From assembly GCA_902790175.1 (NCBI GenBank), contig CADAQZ010000021.1:10145-74144 (forward strand): 64,000 bases of DNA. Direction: 5' to 3'. Both the position numbers and the translations under genes were made by a program. The DNA comes from an uncultured Eubacteriales bacterium. Its GTDB lineage: Bacteria; Bacillota; Clostridia; Christensenellales; Aristaeellaceae. Positions 40,929-49,657 of this stretch are shown one piece after another; the first letter of the stretch is position 1; each line of letters begins with the position of its first letter. The notes under the pieces were generated by a model. The model was given only the letters and a program-made list of their open reading frames with translations. It did no database searches and was not told the DNA's origin.

Positions 40929-42878
40929 ATGGAAATGACGTTTGAACAGGCAATGCGCCCCGGCTTATTGCAAGCCTTTGCCACCCGTCGCGGCAGCGGC
41001 TACATGATGCGCTCGGAAAAGCGCGGCGGCTCCTACGGCAACGGCTCCAACCGCCGCCCCCCCAGGCGCAAGAAGGCGGGCTTCATCTACATATTCTTCA
41101 CGCTGCTCATCAGCCTGATCCTCTGGCCCGTGGGCATGGTGATGCTCTGGCGGCGCAAGGTGCGCCTGCAGGCCGGCACGAAGCTGCTGATCTCGCTGCT
41201 GACGCTGTGCCTGAGCGTGTTCCTGATCGTGTTCGCGCTGATGGTGCCCGTGGACAACCCGGAATACACCGCCTTCCAGGATCGCGCGAACGACTGGCTG
41301 GACAAGGCCGCCGTGGACGTGGCCGCCGCCGGTGACGCCGCCTACAAGAAGGGCTCGGAGACCTGGCAGATCATGTCCGACTTCACCGAGGCTGGCAGCG
41401 ACTACGCGCTGATCAACACCGCCGACGGGCTCGACAAGGGCGTCGAGTGGGCCGGCGCGGCGCGCGGCTGGATCGAGGGCCTGTTCAAGAAGGGCGAGGG
41501 CGAAGGTGAGGCCGAGCCCACCGAAGCGCCCGCGGACACCGAGGCCCCGGCCGATACCGAGGCCCCGGCCGATACCGAGACCCCGGCCGATACCGAAGCC
41601 CCGGCGGATACCGAGGCTCCCGCAGATACCGAGCAGCCTGCCGACACCGAGCAGCCCGCTGACACCGAGCAGCCCGAGGCCACCGAAGAGGGCAAGTCCA
41701 GCTGGCTCGACATTCACCTGCCCAAGCAGGCTCCCGCCGAGGAGGACGCCCAGCCGCTGGGCGAAGGCGAACTGACGCCGGAAGGCTTCGTCGCCGGTGC
41801 GCCCGCCGAGGAGACCGAGGCCCCCACCGAAGCCCCCGCCGAGCCCACCGAGGCCCCTGCGGAGCCCACCGAGGCCCCTGCGGAGCCCACCGAGGCACCC
41901 GCAGAACCCACCGAGGTCCCCGCGGAACCCACCGAAGCCCCCGCAGAACCCACCGAGGAACCTGCGGAAGCCACTGAGGCGCCTGCGGAACCCACCGAGG
42001 CTCCCACCGAGGAAGACGAGACCATCGCGTCGCCCATCCAGGCGGCGATCCCCGAGGCCAACGTGGCCACCGAGGCCACCGAGACTAACGAGACCACCGA
42101 AACCGTCGAGGCAGCGCCAGCCACCTTCACCGTGAAGCCCGCGGGCGAGGCCACCGTGTACTACTACGACGAGGGCAGCAAGGGCTTCCACCGCAGCGCC
42201 ACCCGCCACGACATGCGCAACGCGCCGCAGCACACGCTGGCGGAGGCCTTCGCGGCGGGCAAGCACACCTGCAATTCCTGCGACATGCCCACGGAGAGCA
42301 TCCTCAGCGAGGAACACGTCGCCTGGGTGGACGGCAAAAATCGCATCCACACCACCGACGAGTGCCCCTCCTTCTCCGGTGACTGGCGGCTGATGCCGCT
42401 GGCCGACGCAGTGGCGGCGGGCTATGAGGCCTGCCCGGACTGCGGCGCCATCGCCTACGTGGAGAGCGTGTTCCCCGCCCCCACCCCCACGCCCGAGCCC
42501 GAGGTGGTCGATCCCGCCATCGCGCTCAAGCCCGCCGGGGAGCTGGTTGTGTACTACTACGAGAGCAGCAAGGGCTACCACGTGTCCCCCAACTGCGTGA
42601 GCATGAGCAACGCCCCCGCCGGAACGCTGGCCGAAGCCGTGGCGCTGGGCAAGCATGCGTGCGGCAACTGCAATCCCCCGGCGGCGGAGCTGCTGGGCGT
42701 GCCGGTGATGTGGGTGGACGAAAACAAGGTGTGCCACACCAGCGACAAGTGCGCGTCCTTCGCAGGAAAGGTCACGCTGATCCCCCGCGACGACGCGCTG
42801 GCGCAGGGCCTCGCGGCTTGCCCGGACTGCGGCGCGGCGGAGTACCTGGTGCCCGGCACGGTGCTGTCGGGGAACTGA
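40929..42878 (+). CDS. two-TM membrane protein with two acidic tandem-repeat arrays and four HCCC (H-x4-C...C-x2-C) zinc-knuckle-like motifs
   Basis: AAAGGTG RBS. Basic N-terminus. TMs FIYIFFTLLISLILWPVGMVMLW and LLISLLTLCLSVFLIVFALMV. Repeats (EAPADT)n and (EAPAEPT)n. Four units such as YHVSPNC...LGKHACGNC and IHTTDEC...GYEACPDC. Confidence 0.6.
   Translation: MEMTFEQAMRPGLLQAFATRRGSGYMMRSEKRGGSYGNGSNRRPPRRKKAGFIYIFFTLLISLILWPVGMVMLWRRKVRLQAGTKLLISLLTLCLSVFLIVFALMVPVDNPEYTAFQDRANDWLDKAAVDVAAAGDAAYKKGSETWQIMSDFTEAGSDYALINTADGLDKGVEWAGAARGWIEGLFKKGEGEGEAEPTEAPADTEAPADTEAPADTETPADTEAPADTEAPADTEQPADTEQPADTEQPEATEEGKSSWLDIHLPKQAPAEEDAQPLGEGELTPEGFVAGAPAEETEAPTEAPAEPTEAPAEPTEAPAEPTEAPAEPTEVPAEPTEAPAEPTEEPAEATEAPAEPTEAPTEEDETIASPIQAAIPEANVATEATETNETTETVEAAPATFTVKPAGEATVYYYDEGSKGFHRSATRHDMRNAPQHTLAEAFAAGKHTCNSCDMPTESILSEEHVAWVDGKNRIHTTDECPSFSGDWRLMPLADAVAAGYEACPDCGAIAYVESVFPAPTPTPEPEVVDPAIALKPAGELVVYYYESSKGYHVSPNCVSMSNAPAGTLAEAVALGKHACGNCNPPAAELLGVPVMWVDENKVCHTSDKCASFAGKVTLIPRDDALAQGLAACPDCGAAEYLVPGTVLSGN
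41520..41678 (+). repeat. coding 18-nt tandem repeat (T-E-A/Q/T-P-A-D)x~9
   Basis: Protein residues 198-250: TEAPADTEAPADTEAPADTETPADTEAPADTEAPADTEQPADTEQPADTEQPE. Confidence 0.85.
41814..42008 (+). repeat. coding 21-nt tandem repeat (E-A-P-A-E-P-T)x~9
   Basis: Protein residues 296-360: TEAPTEAPAEPTEAPAEPTEAPAEPTEAPAEPTEVPAEPTEAPAEPTEEPAEATEAPAEPTEAPT. Confidence 0.85.
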
Positions 42879-42897
42879 GGCAAATGACCGTCCATTT

Positions 42898-42933
42898 GTA
42901 GGGGCGCCGAAACGGCGCCCCTACATTATTTCT
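42898..42933 (+). terminator. intrinsic terminator after 40929..42878
   Basis: Stem GTAGGGGCGCC / GGCGCCCCTAC, loop GAAAC, followed by ATTATTTCT. Confidence 0.7.
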
Positions 42934-43004
42934 GTACGGTTGACACAAACCGCCCCGAATGTGCTATAATGGTCCTAACCGCTATTTGAAAGGATGACCC
43001 AACC

Positions 43005-43814
43005 ATGGCCAAGAAAAGCGCAAGATCCAAGGGATTTCGCAAGCAAAACGCCAAGAAGCCGTACCTGAGCAAGCGGGACATCGTCCTGCTGTGCCTGCTG
43101 ATCGCGGCGGTCGCCGTCGCCGCGTTCTTCCTGTTCCGCTATGACGACGGCGCGCTGAAGGTGAAGGACGACGCGATCGTCGCGGACGGCGACAACTGGC
43201 TGATCGTGAACGGCAGCAACACCCGCGGCGGCTTCCGCTACTACAAGCTGGGCGAGATCGGCGAGCTGGAGGGCTTCACCCGCGAGGCCAAGGCCAGCGC
43301 GGGCGACGAGCGCCTGAACGAATACGTGTTCACCGCGCAGGACGAGGACGCGGCGGTCAAGACCGCGGTCGTATCCACCAGCCACGCCGCTGCCGAGGCC
43401 ATGAGCCGCTACGCCGCCACCACGCTCTCGGGCGTCGAGAACGCCGAGGTCGGCGACGTGCAGAGCAAGGAGATTGCCGGGCAGACCACCTACTACTTCC
43501 TCTACGGCGAACGCCCCGCGGAGGCGTCCGGGGAGGCTGCTGAAACCGCCGAAGAAGCCGCACCTGCCGAGGAATCGACCGAGGCCGCCGCGCCCGCGGA
43601 GGAGGCCGGGGAAGCCGCAGACGAGGCCGCCCAGAGCGCCGCGTCCTATCGCCGGGCCGTCCGCGCCTACATCGACGCCCCGCATGACAGCTGCATCGTG
43701 CTGCGCATGGAGGGCAGCGGCGAAAGCGCCGACGCCTGCCCCACCGACGAACAGCTGCTCGCCGGGCTGGAGAGCCTCATCCCGACCGTGACGCTGGAAA
43801 AGGGCGGGAAGTAG
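43005..43814 (+). CDS. N-terminally membrane-anchored protein of unknown function with an acidic Ala/Glu-rich segment
   Basis: 269 aa. Basic N-terminus, TM IVLLCLLIAAVAVAAFFLF, and low-complexity segment AEASGEAAETAEEAAPAEESTEAAAPAEEAGEAADEAAQ. I recognised no family. Confidence 0.5.
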   Translation: MAKKSARSKGFRKQNAKKPYLSKRDIVLLCLLIAAVAVAAFFLFRYDDGALKVKDDAIVADGDNWLIVNGSNTRGGFRYYKLGEIGELEGFTREAKASAGDERLNEYVFTAQDEDAAVKTAVVSTSHAAAEAMSRYAATTLSGVENAEVGDVQSKEIAGQTTYYFLYGERPAEASGEAAETAEEAAPAEESTEAAAPAEEAGEAADEAAQSAASYRRAVRAYIDAPHDSCIVLRMEGSGESADACPTDEQLLAGLESLIPTVTLEKGGK

Positions 43815-43841
43815 CGAACGAACCTCTGAATACAAGAAGAG

Positions 43842-43882
43842 CCAGATTGCCACGTCGGGCTGACGTGGCAATCTGGTTTTTT
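43842..43882. terminator. family D repeat, short form, acting as a bidirectional terminator
   Basis: CCAGATTGCCACGTC-GGGCTG-ACGTGGCAATCTGG followed by TTTTTT. It overlaps the bofA stop codon on the other strand. Confidence 0.8.
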
Positions 43883-44147
43883 ACATCAACAACTGCAGCG
43901 CCACCACCAGCGCGGCCCCGGGCAGGCCCAGGAAGCCCACGGCCATGGCCGTGAACGGGTTGACCTGCACCGCGAAACCCATGAGCCCGCCCAGCAGGTT
44001 CACCAGCCCCAGCGCCAGCGCGCCCAGCACGCCGCCCGCCATCAGCCGCCACATGAACCGCATGGGCACCAGCAGCAGGTAGCCGATCAGGCACAGCAGC
44101 GTGAGCCCTATGGCGAAGGACAGTATCAGCTCCCATGGAATCTGCAC
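43881..44147 (-). CDS. bofA: pro-sigma-K processing inhibitor BofA
   Basis: ~88 aa, two or three TM helices, C-terminal VNPFTAMAVGFLGLPGAALVVALQLL. Probable GTG start at 44147 (GGAGG + 8 nt); the ORF-track start at 44156 abuts the RBS. Confidence 0.75.
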   Translation of the reverse strand: MQIPWELILSFAIGLTLLCLIGYLLLVPMRFMWRLMAGGVLGALALGLVNLLGGLMGFAVQVNPFTAMAVGFLGLPGAALVVALQLLM

Positions 44148-44306
44148 GAAAAACACCTCCGCGTCCGTCGGTTGCGCCCGCTATCAGGCTATGCGCCGGG
44201 CCGCCGGGGTAGACGCAAGTTTTCCCTTTAAAGCCATTTTCCTGTCACCAACGCCCCCTGATATGATGCTATAATTTATACTACCACAAAATCATGGAGG
44301 CGTCCT

Positions 44307-46115
44307 ATGTTCACTCGCCGCGCGCTGAAAACCCTCACCCTCTTGCTCGCCCTTGCGCTGTGCACATGCGCATGGGCGGAGGAATCGTCCGACTGGCTGG
44401 ACGGCGACTATGCTTCGCTGCGCCAGGCCCAGCAGCGGCTGATCGACCTCGGCTTCCTGCACGGCCGCGCCGACGGCGCGTACGGGCCGCAGACCGAGGC
44501 GGCGCTGAGGGACTACCAGCAGCAGGCGGGGCTGGACGCCAGCGGACACCTGGACCGGGCGACGCTGGACGCGCTGACCCACGTCGATCCCGCCAGCGCC
44601 ACCGCCAAGGACGTGCAGCAGCGGCTGATCGACCTGGGCTACCTGGACGGCTATGCGGACGGCATCATCGGCCCGCGCTCTACCGACGCGATGAAGCTGT
44701 TTCAGCGGCTGAACAACCTGAGCGTCAACGGCAAGGCCGACCGCGCCACGCTGGAAACGCTGTTTTCAAGCGACGCGCTGGCCCTGCCCCCCTCGCTGTC
44801 CAGCGGCAGCAAGGGCGACGAGGTGGAGCGGCTGCAACGGCGACTGGCGCTCTACGCCTTCTACGACGGCGAGATCGACGCACAGTACGCGCAGGCCACG
44901 GTCAGCGCCGTGCGCGCGTTCCAAAACCACCTGATCGAGCAGGGCTATGCCGACGGCATCGCGGCCGACGGCGTGGCCACGCCGCTGACGCAGTATTGCC
45001 TGTACAGCGACCAGTACTCCACCTACCTGCGGGACGTGACCCCCGGCGTCAGCGACAGCGAGGCGCAGCGCATCGAGCGGCGGCTTAACCAGCTGGGCTA
45101 CATGGACATGACGCCCGACGACGTGCTGGACGACTACGCCATCGAGGCGATGAAGCTGTTTCAGGGCCAGTGCATGATGCAGAAGGACGGGCTGGCCGAC
45201 CGCGAGACCTTCGACGCGCTGTTTTCGATCGAAGCGCCGCCAGCGGAGCACTGCGCGCCGCACGACATCGCCTCCGGCGACAGCGGCCAGATGGTGCGCA
45301 ATGTGGAAAGCGCGCTGCTGGCCAGCGGCATCTCCACGCGCATCCCCCGCGGCAAGTACGACGCCGGGCTGGAATCGGCCATCGACAGCGCCCGCAAGTA
45401 CCTGGAGAGCCGCAATTCTCCCAGCGCGTCGCTGTTTTCCGACCCGAAGGCGCTGTCCGTCGAGGCGATCAAGGCGCTGGAGAGCGGCCTTTTCGGCTTT
45501 GTGACCGACGACACGGACGACAGCGTGGAGATGCACCGCGTACAGCACCGCCTCTACACGCTCTACTACCTGCCGAAGATCGGCATCGACGGCATGTTTG
45601 GCCGGGAGAGCCGCAAGGCGCTGAAGGCGTTTCAGGCGGCCAACGGGCTGCCGGAGACGGGCAGTCCGGACGAGGCGACCCAGACCCTGCTGTTCTCCGA
45701 GAGCGCCGAGGCCAAGCCCTTCCCCTACCGCATCGAGGTGAGCCTGGACAGGCAGGTGGTGGAAGTCTACCAGCGCAACATGCTGGGGGCCTACGACCTG
45801 GTGCAGACCTTCACCTGCTCCACCGGCCTGCACGACTCCACGCCCCACGGCATCTTCCTGGACGGCCACCCGCTGAACCGCTGGCACTACTTCAAGAAGT
45901 TCTACTGCTGGGCGCAGTACTCGTTTGAGATCGAGGGCGACATACTGTTCCACTCGGTCATCTACTCCTCCGACAACGAGCACAGCCTGCGCAGCGGCTC
46001 GCTCTACGCGCTGGGCAACCCCGCCTCGCACGGCTGCGTGCGGCTGCAGGTGGCGGACGCCAAGTGGCTGTTCGAGCACTGCAAGCGCGGCGAAAACGTG
46101 ATCATCATCGGGTAA
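44307..46115 (+). CDS. secreted L,D-transpeptidase (YkuD domain) with 5-6 N-terminal peptidoglycan-binding (PG_binding_1) repeats
   Basis: Signal peptide MFTRRALKTLTLLLALALCTCAWA. Repeated Q.RL..LGYL...ADG..G..T..A...FQ units. Catalytic C-terminus FHS...SHGCVRL. Confidence 0.85.
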   Translation: MFTRRALKTLTLLLALALCTCAWAEESSDWLDGDYASLRQAQQRLIDLGFLHGRADGAYGPQTEAALRDYQQQAGLDASGHLDRATLDALTHVDPASATAKDVQQRLIDLGYLDGYADGIIGPRSTDAMKLFQRLNNLSVNGKADRATLETLFSSDALALPPSLSSGSKGDEVERLQRRLALYAFYDGEIDAQYAQATVSAVRAFQNHLIEQGYADGIAADGVATPLTQYCLYSDQYSTYLRDVTPGVSDSEAQRIERRLNQLGYMDMTPDDVLDDYAIEAMKLFQGQCMMQKDGLADRETFDALFSIEAPPAEHCAPHDIASGDSGQMVRNVESALLASGISTRIPRGKYDAGLESAIDSARKYLESRNSPSASLFSDPKALSVEAIKALESGLFGFVTDDTDDSVEMHRVQHRLYTLYYLPKIGIDGMFGRESRKALKAFQAANGLPETGSPDEATQTLLFSESAEAKPFPYRIEVSLDRQVVEVYQRNMLGAYDLVQTFTCSTGLHDSTPHGIFLDGHPLNRWHYFKKFYCWAQYSFEIEGDILFHSVIYSSDNEHSLRSGSLYALGNPASHGCVRLQVADAKWLFEHCKRGENVIIIG

Positions 46116-46130
46116 GACAAAAAAGCCAAA

Positions 46131-46283
46131 GGACCGGATTGCCACGTCGGCCTTGCGGCCTCCTCGCAATGACGCTCTACAAGACTATGGGGTTGTCCCT
46201 CTATAACGATGGAGGGCAACTCCATTGCTCCAAACAACGTCATTGCGAGGAGGTCCCATAGGGACCGACGTGGCAATCTGGTC
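46131..46283 (+). repeat. nested palindromic repeat family D, long form
   Basis: Outer arms GACCGGATTGCCACGTCGG / CCGACGTGGCAATCTGGTC. Middle arms CCTCCTCGCAATGACG / CGTCATTGCGAGGAGG. Inner imperfect palindrome GTTGTCCCTC...GAGGGCAAC. Confidence 0.85.
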
Positions 46284-46302
46284 CTTCTTACACACCCATA
46301 GG

Positions 46303-46333
46303 AATGGCGTCAGGCTGAAAGCCTGACGCCATT
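46303..46333. terminator. 13-bp perfect hairpin downstream of the adhesin gene
   Basis: AATGGCGTCAGGC-TGAAA-GCCTGACGCCATT, 34 nt beyond the adhesin stop. No clear U-run. Confidence 0.5.
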
Positions 46334-46366
46334 GGTCGTTATGTGATGTTGTACTCCGCGCTCGTC

Positions 46367-49300
46367 TTACGCCGACATCCTGCGCTTCTTGCGCTGCACC
46401 AGGATGTAGGCCACCACGGCCAGAGCGCCGATGCCGCCGAACACGAACGGGTAGGCAGGCGTCTCGTCGCCGGTTCCGAGCATGCCCCACAGCGGCGTGC
46501 CGTAGTCGAGCAGCTCGAGCAGCTCCTCCAGCTCCTCCTCAGTCATCTTCTTGAACTTCGGAGCGCGCGTGGCGGACTTGCGGCCCTCAATGTAGTCTTC
46601 CTCGCCGGGCTGGCCAGGCTTCTCGGTATCCAGCAGCGTGTTGGTCAGGTTCAGGCCATCCGCGCGGCCGAAGTATCCGGGCACGTCGTCCTCACGGATC
46701 TCGTACTCAAACTGCGTGCCGTAGCCGGTATCCACGGGCTGGTTCTCGAAGGTGTAGGTCCAGCCATCCTCGGCGGTCACCGTCTTGCTGGCGACCTCCA
46801 CACCGTTGCGGATCAGGTGCACGGTGATGCTGGTCGGCCGCTTGCCGGCGACGTTGTCGTTGTCGTTCCAGGTCTTGGTGCCCTTGAGCTCGGTGAACTC
46901 CTTGGACTCCTGCCGGATCAGGGTGTTCGTGATGTCGAAGCCGTCGTAGGTGGTGTTGTAGAACTCCACCGGCTCCTCCTTCACGGTGTAGTTGATGGCG
47001 ATGCCGGTCTCCGTCACGGACGGCTGGCTGCCGAAGCTGTAGGACCAGGTGTTCCAATCGTCCTTGGTCCAGGTCGGCTCGGCCTCCACGGGCGTGCCGT
47101 TGGCCAGCAGCGTCACCGTGATGCTCTCGGGACGGACGTAGTAGTAGTTGTTCGCGTCCACCCAGGTCTTCTTGCCGGCGATGGTCGTCGGGCCCGGGGC
47201 CGGAGTGGCCGTCGGGGCCGGAGTGGCCGTCGGGGCGGGCGTGGCCGTCGTCGCGGGCACGGTGGTCGTCGGCGCCTTGCGGGCATCCTCCACCAGGATG
47301 ATGCCGTCCTTGGTGATGTTGCCGGTGATGCGCTTCACGGTGCCGTCCTCGTTGATGGAGAACTTGGTGTCGGTCGTGATGTCATAGCCCTCGGGAGCGA
47401 CGGTCTCGCGCAGCGTGTACTCCTCGCCGGTCTTGAGGCCCTTGATCTCCTCAGGCGTCTTCTTGGAATCCCACTCCTTGACGACCTTGCCGTCCTTGTC
47501 AAGGATCTGGATGTGCGCGCCTTCGAGCTCTTCCTGTGTGGTCACGTCCACCTTGCTGACCTTGATGGAGGTCTTGGCGTCCTCGATCAGCAGCACGCCG
47601 CCTTCGGTCTGCTTGCCGGTCGTGGTCACCTTGCCGGTCTCGTCGATCTTGAAGGTGGTGTCGGTCGCGATGGTGTAGCCCTCGGGAGCCACTTCCTCGT
47701 GCAGGGTGTAGGTCTCGCCGGTCTTCAGGCCGGTCACCTCGTGCGCCTCCTTGCCAGAGGTCCACTCGGCCACCACGTTGCCCTTGCTGTCCTTGATCTG
47801 GATCTTCGCGCCTTCGAGCTCCTTGCCGCCGTCGACGTCCACCTTGCTGATCTTGACGGAGGTCTTGGCGTCCTCCACCAGCAGCACCTCGTCGCCGTTT
47901 TCATCCTTGGTGGTGTGGCCCGTGGTGGTCACGGTGCCGTCCTCGTTGATGGTGAACTTGGTGTCGGTTGTTACGGTGTAGCCCTCGGGGGCGACGGTCT
48001 CGCGCAGGGTGTAGGTCTCGCCGGGCTTGAGCTCCTTGGTCTCGTGCGCTTCCTTCGTGGAATCCCACTCCTCGACGATGTGTTTGTCCTTGTCAAGGAT
48101 CTGGATGTGCGCGCCCTCAAGCTCTTCCTCGGTGGTAACGTCCACCTTGCTGACCTTCGCGGTGTAGATGTACTCGTTGGTGAAGGTCGCGGTCTTGGTG
48201 TCGTTCGTGGCGATGGTGCCGTTGGCGTTGACGTCGCGCAGCAGCCTGTAGTGCGCGGGGATCTCCGTCTCCTTGACGGTGTAGCCCACGGTGTTGGGCA
48301 GGCCGGTGGCGGTCTTGGTCTCGTTGTGCTTCACCTTCACGGTCGCCACGCCGTTTGTGAAGGTCATGTCGCCATAGGTGCCGTTGATGGTCTTGTCGTC
48401 CAGCGTCACGGTGAAGGTGAACTCAGCGTTCTTCGCCGCGGCTGCCGGGCTGACGATCTTCTTGACGGCCAAGTTGCCCACGTTCGGCTTGTTGACGAAG
48501 TTCAGCGCCTTCGGGTTGGAGCCGCTCGTCTTCACGTTCAGCTTGCCGTCGCCGCCGTCGGTGATCTCCACCTCGACGCGATAGCGGGTCTCGTCCTTGG
48601 TCATCTTCGCGGTGCTGGACGTCAGCTCGCGCACATTGTAGATGTACTTCTTGCCGATGTCCTCCTGCGTGAACTGAATGGTCGGGTAGGCGATCTTGCC
48701 GGTCGCGTCGTTCTTGACGGTCACGGTGTCGCCGCCCTCGCGGGCCACCTCAAACTCGAAGATGTCGCTCGCCGTCAGGCTGCGGCCCTCGATTCTCTTG
48801 GTGCCCTCGAAGGTCAGGCTGCCGTCGGCCTCGTACTTGGTGTTCACCACGTCGGCCTTGGCGCCGCCGTCGATCTTGGTGAAGGTCAGGCCCTTGCTGA
48901 ACACGGGCTCGGCGTACATGTCGGTCCTGTTCGAAGCGTCGCCAGCCAGTCCGTCCGCCTCATGCTCAGCCTTCACGGTAAACTCGATCGGGTCGACGTC
49001 GATGTAGCCGTCCGGCACAACGGTCTCGGTCAGCTTGTAGTCGCCGTCGTCCAGGCCCGTGAAGGTGAACACGTTGCCGGATACGGTGTTGACCGTCTTG
49101 ACATCGACGTACTTGCCGCCGACCTTCTTCTCCAGCTTGAACTGGGCGCCGGGCAGGGGCTTGTTGTTCGCGTCGACCTTGTTCACCTCAAGCTTGTAGG
49201 TGAACACGATGACGGAATCCCATTCGGTCTCCTCGGTCTCTTCGCTCGGCTTCTCCTCGTTGGTCTGGTTGTCCACCGTCACCTTCGGGCTGTTGCTGTA

Positions 49301-49657
49301 GGCCAGCTTGGCCTTGTTCACATTGCCCTGGCTGCCCAGGACCGCGTCCTTGTTCAGCGTGGCGGTGAATTCCACCTCCACCTTCGCGCTGTTCAGGCTC
49401 GTCGGCAGCTTGGCGGTATACTTGCCATTGGTCTTATTTGCCTCCCAGGTCAGCGTCAGCGTAAACTTCTGCGCGCCGTCCTTCGCCAGCGTGTATTCCG
49501 CATCCTGGCCGTTCACCTTGACGCTCGTGATCTTATTGAACGTCAGGCCCTTCTCCATCTCATCGGTGAAGGTGATGTGATACTTCACATAGTCGGAGAC
49601 GTTGTCCGCCAGCGTCGCCGTCAGCTTGAAGGGCACGTCGTCGCCGATGTCGTGCAT
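46367..49657 (-). CDS. C-terminal ~1,090 aa of the giant modular surface adhesin (downstream of the frameshift): pilin-like isopeptide module, SpaA-type and Cna-B-type domains, PT linker, C-terminal membrane anchor/sorting-signal-like tail
   Basis: No signal peptide, and the first residues (HDIGDDVPFKLTATLADNVSDYVKYHITF) continue a domain begun in the upstream frame. Three VSKVDV...GETYTLRETVAPEGY units, PT linker TATPAPTATPAPTATPAP, two G(K/T)KTW.D..N..G.RP Cna-B units. C-terminus LGTGDETPAYPFVFGGIGALAVVAYILVQRKKRR. Confidence 0.8.
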   Translation of the reverse strand: MHDIGDDVPFKLTATLADNVSDYVKYHITFTDEMEKGLTFNKITSVKVNGQDAEYTLAKDGAQKFTLTLTWEANKTNGKYTAKLPTSLNSAKVEVEFTATLNKDAVLGSQGNVNKAKLAYSNSPKVTVDNQTNEEKPSEETEETEWDSVIVFTYKLEVNKVDANNKPLPGAQFKLEKKVGGKYVDVKTVNTVSGNVFTFTGLDDGDYKLTETVVPDGYIDVDPIEFTVKAEHEADGLAGDASNRTDMYAEPVFSKGLTFTKIDGGAKADVVNTKYEADGSLTFEGTKRIEGRSLTASDIFEFEVAREGGDTVTVKNDATGKIAYPTIQFTQEDIGKKYIYNVRELTSSTAKMTKDETRYRVEVEITDGGDGKLNVKTSGSNPKALNFVNKPNVGNLAVKKIVSPAAAAKNAEFTFTVTLDDKTINGTYGDMTFTNGVATVKVKHNETKTATGLPNTVGYTVKETEIPAHYRLLRDVNANGTIATNDTKTATFTNEYIYTAKVSKVDVTTEEELEGAHIQILDKDKHIVEEWDSTKEAHETKELKPGETYTLRETVAPEGYTVTTDTKFTINEDGTVTTTGHTTKDENGDEVLLVEDAKTSVKISKVDVDGGKELEGAKIQIKDSKGNVVAEWTSGKEAHEVTGLKTGETYTLHEEVAPEGYTIATDTTFKIDETGKVTTTGKQTEGGVLLIEDAKTSIKVSKVDVTTQEELEGAHIQILDKDGKVVKEWDSKKTPEEIKGLKTGEEYTLRETVAPEGYDITTDTKFSINEDGTVKRITGNITKDGIILVEDARKAPTTTVPATTATPAPTATPAPTATPAPGPTTIAGKKTWVDANNYYYVRPESITVTLLANGTPVEAEPTWTKDDWNTWSYSFGSQPSVTETGIAINYTVKEEPVEFYNTTYDGFDITNTLIRQESKEFTELKGTKTWNDNDNVAGKRPTSITVHLIRNGVEVASKTVTAEDGWTYTFENQPVDTGYGTQFEYEIREDDVPGYFGRADGLNLTNTLLDTEKPGQPGEEDYIEGRKSATRAPKFKKMTEEELEELLELLDYGTPLWGMLGTGDETPAYPFVFGGIGALAVVAYILVQRKKRRMSA

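Noticed and set aside
41520-42008. Regularly spaced short repeats (also 63355..63750) considered as possible CRISPR arrays.
   Set aside because: The units are 15-21 nt, directly abutting with no unique spacers. They lie inside long ORFs and translate to acidic peptide repeats. No cas genes are present.
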